Assembly (NCBI GenBank): GCA_035327665.1
Contig: DAOLCW010000006.1
Coordinates: forward strand, 165 to 64,164
Direction: 5' to 3'
From: Kiritimatiellia bacterium
GTDB lineage: Bacteria > Verrucomicrobiota > Kiritimatiellia > CAIVKH01
Length of the DNA: 64,000 bases
A model generated the notes under the pieces. That model saw only the letters and a list, made by a program, of their open reading frames with translations, did no database searches and had not been told where the DNA came from. The position numbers and the translations under genes were made by a program. Shown one piece after another: positions 29,108 through 37,100 of the stretch. How positions within the stretch are numbered: position 1 is the first letter of the stretch; each line of letters opens with the position of its first letter.

Positions 29108-30428
29108 CGTTCTCCTCCATCTCCTCCTCCCATGCGTCCTCTGCCAAACCCTCCGTCACATAAGGACGGCACATCCCGATCATCCGGACGGGAATCGCCG
29201 CGTCGATCACCGCCGCCCCCTCGTCATCATACTCCAACTGAAAAATCGTCGCGCTCGCCTTCAGCGCCGCCAGCGTCTTGCCCTCTCCCGGCGGCACCTT
29301 CATCCCCACCCGCACATGCCGCTTCCGCAACGCATCCGCCAGCCCGTTCCGCAACTCCTCCAGCCCTTCCCCCGTCGCCGCCGAGATCGCCACCGCATCC
29401 GGAAACCGGAACCGCAAATGATGCGCCTGCTCCCGCGCCGCCTCAAGATCCATCTTGTTCAACACCGCCAGCACCGGCTTGTTCTCCGCCCCCAACTCCT
29501 TCAACACCTGCTCCACCGCATCTACTTGCTGATGAACCTGCGGATGCGACCCGTCGATCACATGCACCAGTAAATCCGCCTCCACCACCTCCTCCAGTGT
29601 CGCCCGGAACGAATCCACCAAATGATGCGGTAGTTTGCGAATAAACCCCACCGTATCCGTCAGCAACACCTGCTGGTGATTCGGCAACTTCATCTGACGC
29701 GTCGTCGGATCCAGCGTCGCAAACAACTTGTCATACGCCAGCACCCCCGCCTCGGTCAGCGCATTGATCAACGTCGACTTCCCCGCATTCGTGTACCCCA
29801 CCAGCGAGACCAAAGCCCACCCATGCCGACGCCGGCCCCGCCTCTGCTCATGCCGCCGCGCGCTCACCAACGCGAGGCGGCTCTTGTACCGTGACATCGT
29901 CTCCAGAATCCGACGCCGGTCCATCTCCAACTGCTTTTCCCCCGGACCGTGCATCCCGATCCCCCCTCGCTGCCGTTCCAGATGCGTCCACATCCGCCGC
30001 AAGCGCGGCAGCAAGTACTCCATCTGGGCCAGCTCGATCTGCATCTGACCCTCCCGCGTCCGCGCATGCTGCGCAAAAATATCAAGAATCACCTGCGTCC
30101 GGTCCACCACCTTCGTCTGAATCACCTTCTCCAGATTTCGCCCCTGAGCCGGACTCAGTTCATCATCGAACACCACCGTCGAAATCCGACCCGCCTTCAC
30201 CCGCTCCGCGATCTCCTCCGCCTTTCCCGTCCCGATCAACGTCCCCGGATGCGCCTTCACCACCCGGCACAACATCCGGTCCGCCACCTCCGCCCCCGCC
30301 GTCTCGCACAACGCGCAAAGCTCATCCAGCGAATTCCGGGCCTCCACTTCCTCCTCCCGGTCGCCGAACGTCCCCACCAGCAGAACCGTTTCGATCGATG
30401 TATCAGAGGTCGAGTACGTGACAGTCAT
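29094..30428 (-). CDS. hflX: GTPase HflX
   Basis: The N-terminal HflX domain (…VVFDDELSPAQGRNLEKVIQTKVVDRTQVILDIFAQHARTREGQMQIELAQ…) plus G-domain (GYTNAGKSTLINALT, DTVGFI, NKMD) aligns with E. coli HflX. Confidence 0.9.
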   Translation of the reverse strand: MTVTYSTSDTSIETVLLVGTFGDREEEVEARNSLDELCALCETAGAEVADRMLCRVVKAHPGTLIGTGKAEEIAERVKAGRISTVVFDDELSPAQGRNLEKVIQTKVVDRTQVILDIFAQHARTREGQMQIELAQMEYLLPRLRRMWTHLERQRGGIGMHGPGEKQLEMDRRRILETMSRYKSRLALVSARRHEQRRGRRRHGWALVSLVGYTNAGKSTLINALTEAGVLAYDKLFATLDPTTRQMKLPNHQQVLLTDTVGFIRKLPHHLVDSFRATLEEVVEADLLVHVIDGSHPQVHQQVDAVEQVLKELGAENKPVLAVLNKMDLEAAREQAHHLRFRFPDAVAISAATGEGLEELRNGLADALRKRHVRVGMKVPPGEGKTLAALKASATIFQLEYDDEGAAVIDAAIPVRMIGMCRPYVTEGLAEDAWEEEMEENDGHV

Positions 30429-31332
30429 GATGCAATAAACATTCTTCCAATTGTTTCACCGTGGTAAACGTCGCGTCAGCCTCCCCGGCCAAAATCCACT
30501 CCACCGCGACCTGATGACGAAACCACGTCCGTTGACGCTTGGCAAGCTGCCGTGTTCGCCTTACCACCTCCGCAAACGCCTCCGCCTCCGTCAACCGTCC
30601 CTCCAGCATCCCCAACGCTTCCCGGTATCCGATCGCCTGCCCCGCCGTCTCCGACCAGTGCGGATACCGCTCCCGCAACCCCCTCGCCTCCTCCACCAAC
30701 CCCTCCTCGAACATCCTTCGCGCCCGCGCCTCGATTCGCCTCCCCAAATCCTCCCGGCTCCGGTCCAAACCCGCCACCGGGGCCAACTCCTTCATCTCCC
30801 GCCACGACCGGTCCGGTTCCGTCCCCGCCCGCGCCTGCTCCATCGCCCGCATCAACCGGCGCGGATTCGACCCGTCCGCCAGCGATTCCAACACCCCCGG
30901 AGCCTGCTCCCGGCACAACGCCTGCAACCCCGCCACCCCTTTTTCCTCCACCACCCCCCGCAACATCGTCCGGTACTCCACATCCGGCGGAGCCTGCTCC
31001 TTCAGCCCCCGCAAGAGCCCGCTCACATACAACCCCGTTCCCCCCGCCACAATCGGAGGCGTCGCCCACAAATCCGCCGGAAGCGACCTCACATGATCAA
31101 GGTATCGGCTCAAACTAAACGACTCATCCGGCTCCGCCACATCCACCCCCTCATACCGGATCTCCTCCCGCTGCCGCCGCGTCGGCTTCGCCGTCCCCAC
31201 ATCCATCCCCCGGTAAACCAGCATCGAATCCGCCGAAAGAATCCACGTTCCCCACGCCCGCGCCAGCTCATGCACCACCTCGGTTTTCCCCGCCGCGGTC
31301 GGACCGACCACCATCCACCCCTTGCGAATCAT
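30403..31332 (-). CDS. miaA: tRNA dimethylallyltransferase
   Basis: MIRKGWMVVGPTAAGKTEVVHELA…ILSADSMLVYRGMDVGTAKPT… with the P-loop and the MiaA core. The start is the internal ATG at 31332. Confidence 0.85.
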   Translation of the reverse strand: MIRKGWMVVGPTAAGKTEVVHELARAWGTWILSADSMLVYRGMDVGTAKPTRRQREEIRYEGVDVAEPDESFSLSRYLDHVRSLPADLWATPPIVAGGTGLYVSGLLRGLKEQAPPDVEYRTMLRGVVEEKGVAGLQALCREQAPGVLESLADGSNPRRLMRAMEQARAGTEPDRSWREMKELAPVAGLDRSREDLGRRIEARARRMFEEGLVEEARGLRERYPHWSETAGQAIGYREALGMLEGRLTEAEAFAEVVRRTRQLAKRQRTWFRHQVAVEWILAGEADATFTTVKQLEECLLHHDCHVLDL

Positions 31333-31793
31333 GCCGCCTGCTGCGCCGGAGGCTGGGCCTTGAACGCCGTCACAAAATAAATCCCCACCCCCACGCAAAT
31401 CGCCGCATCCGCAATATTAAAACACGGCCAGTGCCACGTCCCCAGGTAGAAATCGAACATATCCGTCACCCACCCCTGCCGGATCCGGTCCAGCACATTC
31501 CCCAAAATCCCCCCCACCATCAATCCCAACGCAATCCGGTGCAACAGCGTGTCATTCAAAAACGACCGCCGGAAAATCACCATCAGCACCAGCATCACCA
31601 GCGAAATCACCGTCAACGCCGTGTTCTGCCCCCCGAACATCCCCCACGCCGCCCCCGTGTTACGCACATACGTCAGGTTAAAAAAACCCTCGATCACCGG
31701 GCGCGACTCCCCCAGCGCAAACTCCATACGCACCACATGCTTCGTCCACTGATCAAGCACCGTGAACACGATCGCAAGCAACAGCGGCAGCAT
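31329..31793 (-). CDS. lspA: lipoprotein signal peptidase II
   Basis: MLPLLLAIVFTVLDQWTKHVV…FFNLTYVRNTGAAWGMFGG…FNIADAAICVGV contains the conserved LspA Asp residues and motifs. ATG at 31793. Confidence 0.9.
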   Translation of the reverse strand: MLPLLLAIVFTVLDQWTKHVVRMEFALGESRPVIEGFFNLTYVRNTGAAWGMFGGQNTALTVISLVMLVLMVIFRRSFLNDTLLHRIALGLMVGGILGNVLDRIRQGWVTDMFDFYLGTWHWPCFNIADAAICVGVGIYFVTAFKAQPPAQQAA

Positions 31794-31810
31794 TCAACCC
31801 TCCCCGGCCA

Positions 31811-32689
31811 TTACCCCATCGACGAAAAATCCGCGCCCTGCAAACCCGTCCGACGGAACGGCTGATGGCGCGGCTTCCTCTTCTCGATCTCCGATTGCGC
31901 CGCCACGCTGCACCGGGCAAACGGCAGCGCCTTCAAACGCTCCCGCTCAATCTGTTCCCCACTGACCTCGCACACCCCATACGCCCCCTGCTCGATCCGC
32001 CGCAGCGCCTCGTCGATCTCGTACAACACATCGTATTCCGTGTTCAACAAACTCGCCGCGAACTCCCGGTCAAAATTGTCCGTACCCTGGTCCGCCATGT
32101 GCAAACTGTAACTCGACAAATCCCCCGAAGACTCCTTCGACGACTTGTTCAAATTATCATTCGCCAAAAACCCGATTTCATCAATCACCCGGTCCCGCAG
32201 CTCAAGCAGCAGCTTCTTGTAAACCTCAAGCTCCTTCGCCGTCAGCGGCTTCAAATGCGACGTCTTCTTCGCCAACTGCTTCACCGTAGGACGTCCCAGC
32301 AGCTCATCCACCGACTTTGGCAACTGCGCGCTCAACGGCGGCGGCGCCGACGAAATCGTCACCTTCCCCACCTTCACCCCTGCCGGAGGCTTCGGAGCCG
32401 CCACCTTTTTCGCCGGCTTCGCCGCCGGTTTGGCTTTCCCTTTTACCGGAGCCGCGGCCTTCTTCGCGGCAACCTTCTTGACCGGGGCTGCTTTCTTCGC
32501 CACCGCCTTCACCGCCTTCGCCTTCACCGCAGGAACTGGCTTCTTCGCTTTTGCCGCAGGCTTCTTCGCCGCAGGCTTTTTCGCAGGAGCCGACTTCTTG
32601 GCCGGAGCGGCTTTCTTCGTTGCCGTCGGCTTCCCTTTCGCCGCAGGCTTTTTCGCTGATTTCGTCGATTTCTTTGATTTCGAAGCCAT
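31811..32689 (-). CDS. DksA/TraR-family protein with ~130-aa N-terminal histone-H1-like Lys/Ala/Pro-rich tail
   Basis: Internal ATG at 32689 (MASKSKKSTKSAKKPAAKGKPTATKKAAPAKK…). The C-terminal part has DksA-like coiled-coil and zinc-finger region (…YEIDEALRRIEQGAYGVCEVSGEQIERERLKALPFARCSV) with only two Cys. Confidence 0.75.
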   Translation of the reverse strand: MASKSKKSTKSAKKPAAKGKPTATKKAAPAKKSAPAKKPAAKKPAAKAKKPVPAVKAKAVKAVAKKAAPVKKVAAKKAAAPVKGKAKPAAKPAKKVAAPKPPAGVKVGKVTISSAPPPLSAQLPKSVDELLGRPTVKQLAKKTSHLKPLTAKELEVYKKLLLELRDRVIDEIGFLANDNLNKSSKESSGDLSSYSLHMADQGTDNFDREFAASLLNTEYDVLYEIDEALRRIEQGAYGVCEVSGEQIERERLKALPFARCSVAAQSEIEKRKPRHQPFRRTGLQGADFSSMG

Positions 32690-32810
32690 AACGTTAACCG
32701 CTCCCTTGTGCAAAAATTCCTTGGGTCGTCCAAGGCGCCTTAAAAGGCAAGTGGCGGTGGGTACCATACCCCCCCTCCCCTGTCAATTCACTTTGGGCGG
32801 AATCCGCGTC

Positions 32811-32904
32811 CAACGTCCAAAGCTTGGAAACCCAAAACCCGCACGTTTCCAAGGTTTGGAAACCAAATCGACCCCATTTTCCAAGGTTTGGAAACCAACT
32901 TGCG
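32811..32904. promoter_or_regulatory. three direct copies of a near-palindromic ~18-bp motif (TCCAARGYTTGGAAACC), operator-like array
   Basis: The copies are GTCCAAAGCTTGGAAACCC (32811-32830), TTTCCAAGGTTTGGAAACCAA (32851-32872) and TTTTCCAAGGTTTGGAAACCAA (32883-32904). Each is an imperfect inverted repeat (TTCCAA..TTGGAA). The array sits 120-215 nt upstream of the dksA-like start. Confidence 0.45.
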
Positions 32905-32909
32905 GGGGG

Positions 32910-33128
32910 TCAGGCCATGACCGCGACCTGCTCGGCATCATGCCGGGCCGCGGGAATCCTTCGCCACGAAGCCTGCAAGTCCTCGATGTGCAGGGCAACG
33001 GCCTCCCGGATCAACTTCCGGACCTCGGCTTCCGTCCGCCCGGCCGCAACACAGCCGGGAAGATCGGGCACGTACGCCCCCCACGAGGAGGTTCCGCGCT
33101 CGATGATCACTGTATAGCTTCTCGTCAT
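32910..33128 (-). CDS. hicB: HicB-like (UPF0150) antitoxin-family protein, apparently orphan
   Basis: MTRSYTVIIERGTSSWGAYVPDLPGCVAAGRTEAEVRKLIREAVALHIEDL matches the HicB N-terminal fold signature (YxVIIE…PDLPGC…EA…LH). The start is the internal ATG at 33128. No HicA partner was recognised nearby. Confidence 0.6.
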   Translation of the reverse strand: MTRSYTVIIERGTSSWGAYVPDLPGCVAAGRTEAEVRKLIREAVALHIEDLQASWRRIPAARHDAEQVAVMA

Positions 33129-33249
33129 GTGTCCAATCCTGCCTGCCTGAGAACGCTTTTCAAGGGGCCCGGCGGAATGTCGATCCCTGATTGCCCGGAC
33201 ACCGTGACCGTACCCGGCGTCTACGAATGGCGATACTGGCGGTGACTGC

Positions 33250-33841
33250 CCTAAGGCAATCGAAATCGCGCTTGAGTTCAAAAAAGCATCGGGCGCCGGG
33301 ACGCAAGGCTTGCTGACCGACAAGCGAGCACGCCACATCATCGCCGCTATCTACTCCATCGCCAACAGCGACCACCAACAAGTATCTCAAGATTAGCCGG
33401 GTGATTTGGAATGACGCTTGCCGGGATTCAGTGGCGTCCGACAATCCTTTCGCCAAGGACAAAGTATTGGGCACGGAAAAGCACAGTTGCAAGGGATTCA
33501 CCCTTGACCAAGTGAGGGACATTTATGCGTTGGCATGGGATTCATGGCGCGGAATGATCCTTCTGGGTTTCTACATCGGCCAGCGTATTGGAGACCTTGC
33601 CCGGTTGACGTGGCAGAACGTTGACTTGGCGAAAGAGGAAATCCGGTTGACCACCGCAAAACCGGGCAGAGATATGATGATTCCAATGGCAGGTCCGCTT
33701 GTCGATTACTTCACCACCCTACCCGCGTCCGATGATCCTACCGCCCCGGTATTCCCCGACCTTGCCAAACTACGCAGGGGAACCCTGTCCGGTAAGTTTT
33801 CCGCACTGGTAGCCGATGCCGGTTTTGGCACTACAATATGA
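33250..33841 (+). pseudogene. degenerate tyrosine-recombinase (phage-type integrase) remnant
   Basis: The 33401..33841 frame encodes …MILLGFYIGQRIGDLARLTWQNVDLAKEEIRLTTAKPGRDMMIPM…, the integrase catalytic-domain start with Arg-I and the conserved Lys. It stops before the H-x-x-R/Tyr region. An upstream out-of-frame segment (…TDKRARHIIAAIYSIAN…) looks like the core-binding region interrupted by a stop. The stretch is lower in GC than the neighbourhood. Confidence 0.55.
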
Positions 33842-33945
33842 CCCGAAAAATACAGCCTTTGATATTCAACGGGTTACGAAGCTTTTTTTACTTTATCAAC
33901 GACTTACAGAAAAAATGAGGCGTTGAATAAGAAACTTGGGTTCAT

Positions 33946-34109
33946 CTGGTTGAAACCATCATGAGACCTTCAAAAAGTTCTCTTTAAATCTGGCTCAGAT
34001 TTCGCGCCGGCCTGAAAAATCACAACGCAACAGTTTTAAGTATAAGTTAAACTGTGAACCCGTCAGAACGCCCGGTGCAGGAGGCGAGGCGGCATGCCGA
34101 TGAGCGGTT
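33946..34109. repeat. ~165-bp direct repeat, copy A (3' flank of the giant gene)
   Basis: About 85% identical to 60320..60485. It starts CTGGTTGAAACC…ATGAGACCTTCAAA and has an identical 26-mer GTCAGAACGCCCGGTGCAGGAGGCGA. On the minus strand it contains the 10-codon mini-ORF MPPRLLHRAF (34063..34095). On the plus strand an AGGAGG is 9 nt before an ATG at the repeat end. Confidence 0.85.
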
Positions 34110-34181
34110 CTACATCGGGCATAATTCCAAAAAATCGTGAAGGTAGGACAGCATCCGTTGCCTGTGCGGGCCGGAATCTTT

Positions 34182-37100
34182 TCACTCCGGCAATGCCGTT
34201 TCGGCCTGCAGGCGCAGGAATTGCATTTGTTGCTGAACGGGAATAGACGCTTTCCACAATTCGCGTTGTTGTGCATCCGTTTGGCCCGTGAAGATGTTTT
34301 CAATCCCATGGACGGTCCAGTCGTCATTAACCGCTGTCGCCTTGGCAGGATCGAGGTAAACATTCACAGCGCGCGGATTCTTATAGTAGAGCATGATCAG
34401 CTTCATCGTGCCGTTTTCCGCCTCAATCGAACTGCTAAACAGATCAGCGGTGGCACAAGCCTCCATCGCATCGAGTCCGGCGGCAAATTTCATAAGGTTG
34501 GGTATTCCGTCTCCCATTGGAGAATCTTTAGCTCCGCGTAGATTTGGATCGGGGATGGATTCTGCCCACTCCGAAAAGGTCGTCGTTAGTTCGGCCGAGT
34601 CATATGAAAAACGAAGTCGCATGTGGGCCTTGGGCCCGGTAAGTGGCAGGCGCGCCTCCCAAACCTGATAGTCATCCGTCTCTTCAGCCTCCAGGTGATG
34701 CCGCTCAATGCCGGCTTGGCGCCAGAGCGGCGACACCAGTGATCCCGACCATTCCGGCAGGATAAACACATCAACTGCCTGCTTTGATTTCCTATAGCGT
34801 AGGATCAGATAATTGCCTTCCGATCGACTCACGAACAGGTCATCAGCTTTATGCGCTTCGGTCGGGGACAGGCCGACTGCATATTTGGCTAGGTTCGGAA
34901 TCTGATCGTCCATCGGACTGTCATAAGGCCCCCTTTGGGTTGAATCTACGATTTGCCTCGCCCACCTCTCGTAAGCCGTCAGATCGCTTTGATTTGTCAC
35001 CGTCAGGAAGATCGACTTGGTCGATTCACGGTTACCGGCCCTGTCGACACTGTAATAACTCAGTGAATAGATCCCGGGCGTATCATAGGTAATCACCCCC
35101 GCATAGTCGATCCATGTGTTCTGGCCATCATAACTGACCAAGATCTGATCGATCCCACTGGCATCATCCGTAGCGGTGAGATGGATCATGACGCCATCCA
35201 AGTAGGCCCCGCTGGACAATCGGGTTCCTTCAATCGCGTAGGCAGTGACCGGTGCGAGCCAGTCGGTGCGCGCCTCATAAATCACAGAATCGGAGGGCTC
35301 GCTGGCATTGCCCGCCGCATCGATGGCAACCGCGGTAAGCTCGTAATCCCCGTAAATAAGTTTGAGCTCGGAGGTGGTGAACAGGCCATTGGTACCGGTC
35401 ATTGCGGTTGCGATCAGAACCCCGTTGCTGTTGCTTATATAAACCTTCGTGCCGATTTCCGCCGCTCCGGTCAGGACGACGGTTCCGTTGCTTGATACAT
35501 GTAGCTGCAAGGTCGGCGGGGAAGGTGGGGTGAAATCAACCACGACGAAAAAGGTGAAGGGATGCTCGACATTCGCGCCGGTTACGGCATCTTCGCCCGT
35601 AACCGTAACATCCATCGAGTACGATCCATCGGCAGCGTTATCGGCCAAGTCAATGTTTACGCCAAGTCGTAGTCGCCCTCCGGCGGCGATTTGTTCCACC
35701 CCGTCCTCAAACGCGAAAACCAACAGTTCGGTAGCAAGCAAGTCGCCCGCAGCGGTGACCAAATCGCCCGCCATGATGTTCATATTGGTCACGCCATGCG
35801 TGCCGCCAACCTCAAGAATATCGGCTTGGATCAACACATTGCCTCGGCCAGTGAGCATGCCGTATACCGAATGACGCGTGTGCAGGCGGGCCTCAGCATC
35901 CTGCAGTTCTGAGGCGATCAGGGCAAACTGATCGGACGGATGCACGCGTACTCCGTTAACGTTTACCGTCCAGACCGATCCCGCTTTCACATTGCGAATC
36001 GTCACGAGCTGGCAGCGGCTGTCTGGGCCGGTAAACATAGCGTTGGGTATCTCGACCACCACGGCACCGGCATCGCTGTCATAGCCGGCATGGTGCCCGG
36101 CAGAATCATGCACATGTAAATCCATCACAGCGGCGGGATCATGCAGGAGCATAAAACGCAACGCACCGTCCTGGGTCGCGGTATACGTCACCGTGTGCAT
36201 CGTATCGGTGCCAAAATCCTGCTGTAAAAGGTGTCTCGGGATCGAGTCGGCCAATCCGTTCAGCCGCAATTCTGTTGCACTCTGAACCGTGGTGACCCAC
36301 GGCCCGTAGGAAGCCCGTGAAAGCGTGTCCTCTTCCCACAGTTCAAGCATGAGCTCAACATCGAATCCGAAGAGACTGTAGGTTTGCGCGTCCGGAAGCA
36401 GGATCCCGAAAGAAAGCGTTCCCGCATCGCCTGCGTCAAGTTTGATGTTTGGAAACTCCAGCGACAGCACCTTGCGTCCATCGGCGTAAAGATTGATGAG
36501 CGGGCGACCACTCCAGTCCAGCGTTCCATTGTTGGCCAGCGTGATTACTCCGGGGGTTAGCCTCATGCCGCGCTCATCCGGGAGAATCGCATTTGCGATT
36601 TCAAAGGAGAGGACTTCAACCGAGAGAACGGGGTCAATCGGCCGGTGTTCAATCAGGTACTGGATGTGTCCGGAGAAATCGCGCATGAAGGACCAAACCA
36701 CTCCAGCTTCCTGCTGATGGGCGGCGGTGTAGTCTTGGATGTCCCGGAAGAGGATTCTCAGGCCGATGCGCTCGGCCTCCTTCATGGAACTCATCGCCTG
36801 TTTATAGATTTCCATCGCCTCATTGACGGAGCTTTGGACCGAGTTGTTCACATGTCCGGCCATCTCTCCGAGGATGCCCCCACCCATGCCACCGACCATG
36901 CCGAGAGAGTCAAAAATGAATTTGGTCATGCTCAGTTCGGTGTATTCGGCGACCAATTCGGCATGGAACGCGATGTTATCCCACTGCATCTGCAAGTGCT
37001 TATAACTCCGGTAGAGCAGCGCCTTCACTTCACCGAGTTCATGCGCTTCCATAATCGGCGTGTTCCAATAGGGCGATGCGGTTCCCATGGCATACCAGAA

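Noticed and set aside
33160-33260. Looked for a duplicated tRNA-Glu 3'-end segment (attR-like) next to the integrase remnant
   Set aside because: Only a 6–7-nt ACTGGC match was seen, not distinguishable from chance by eye. Left as a suggested computational check.
33129-33341. Possible HicA toxin upstream of hicB, within the N-terminal part of track ORF 32910..33341 (-) or the VTVPG-containing plus-strand frame
   Set aside because: No HicA-like dsRBD motif (GSH…G.VTVP.H) in the correct strand and frame. The VTVPG match is on the opposite strand and too short.
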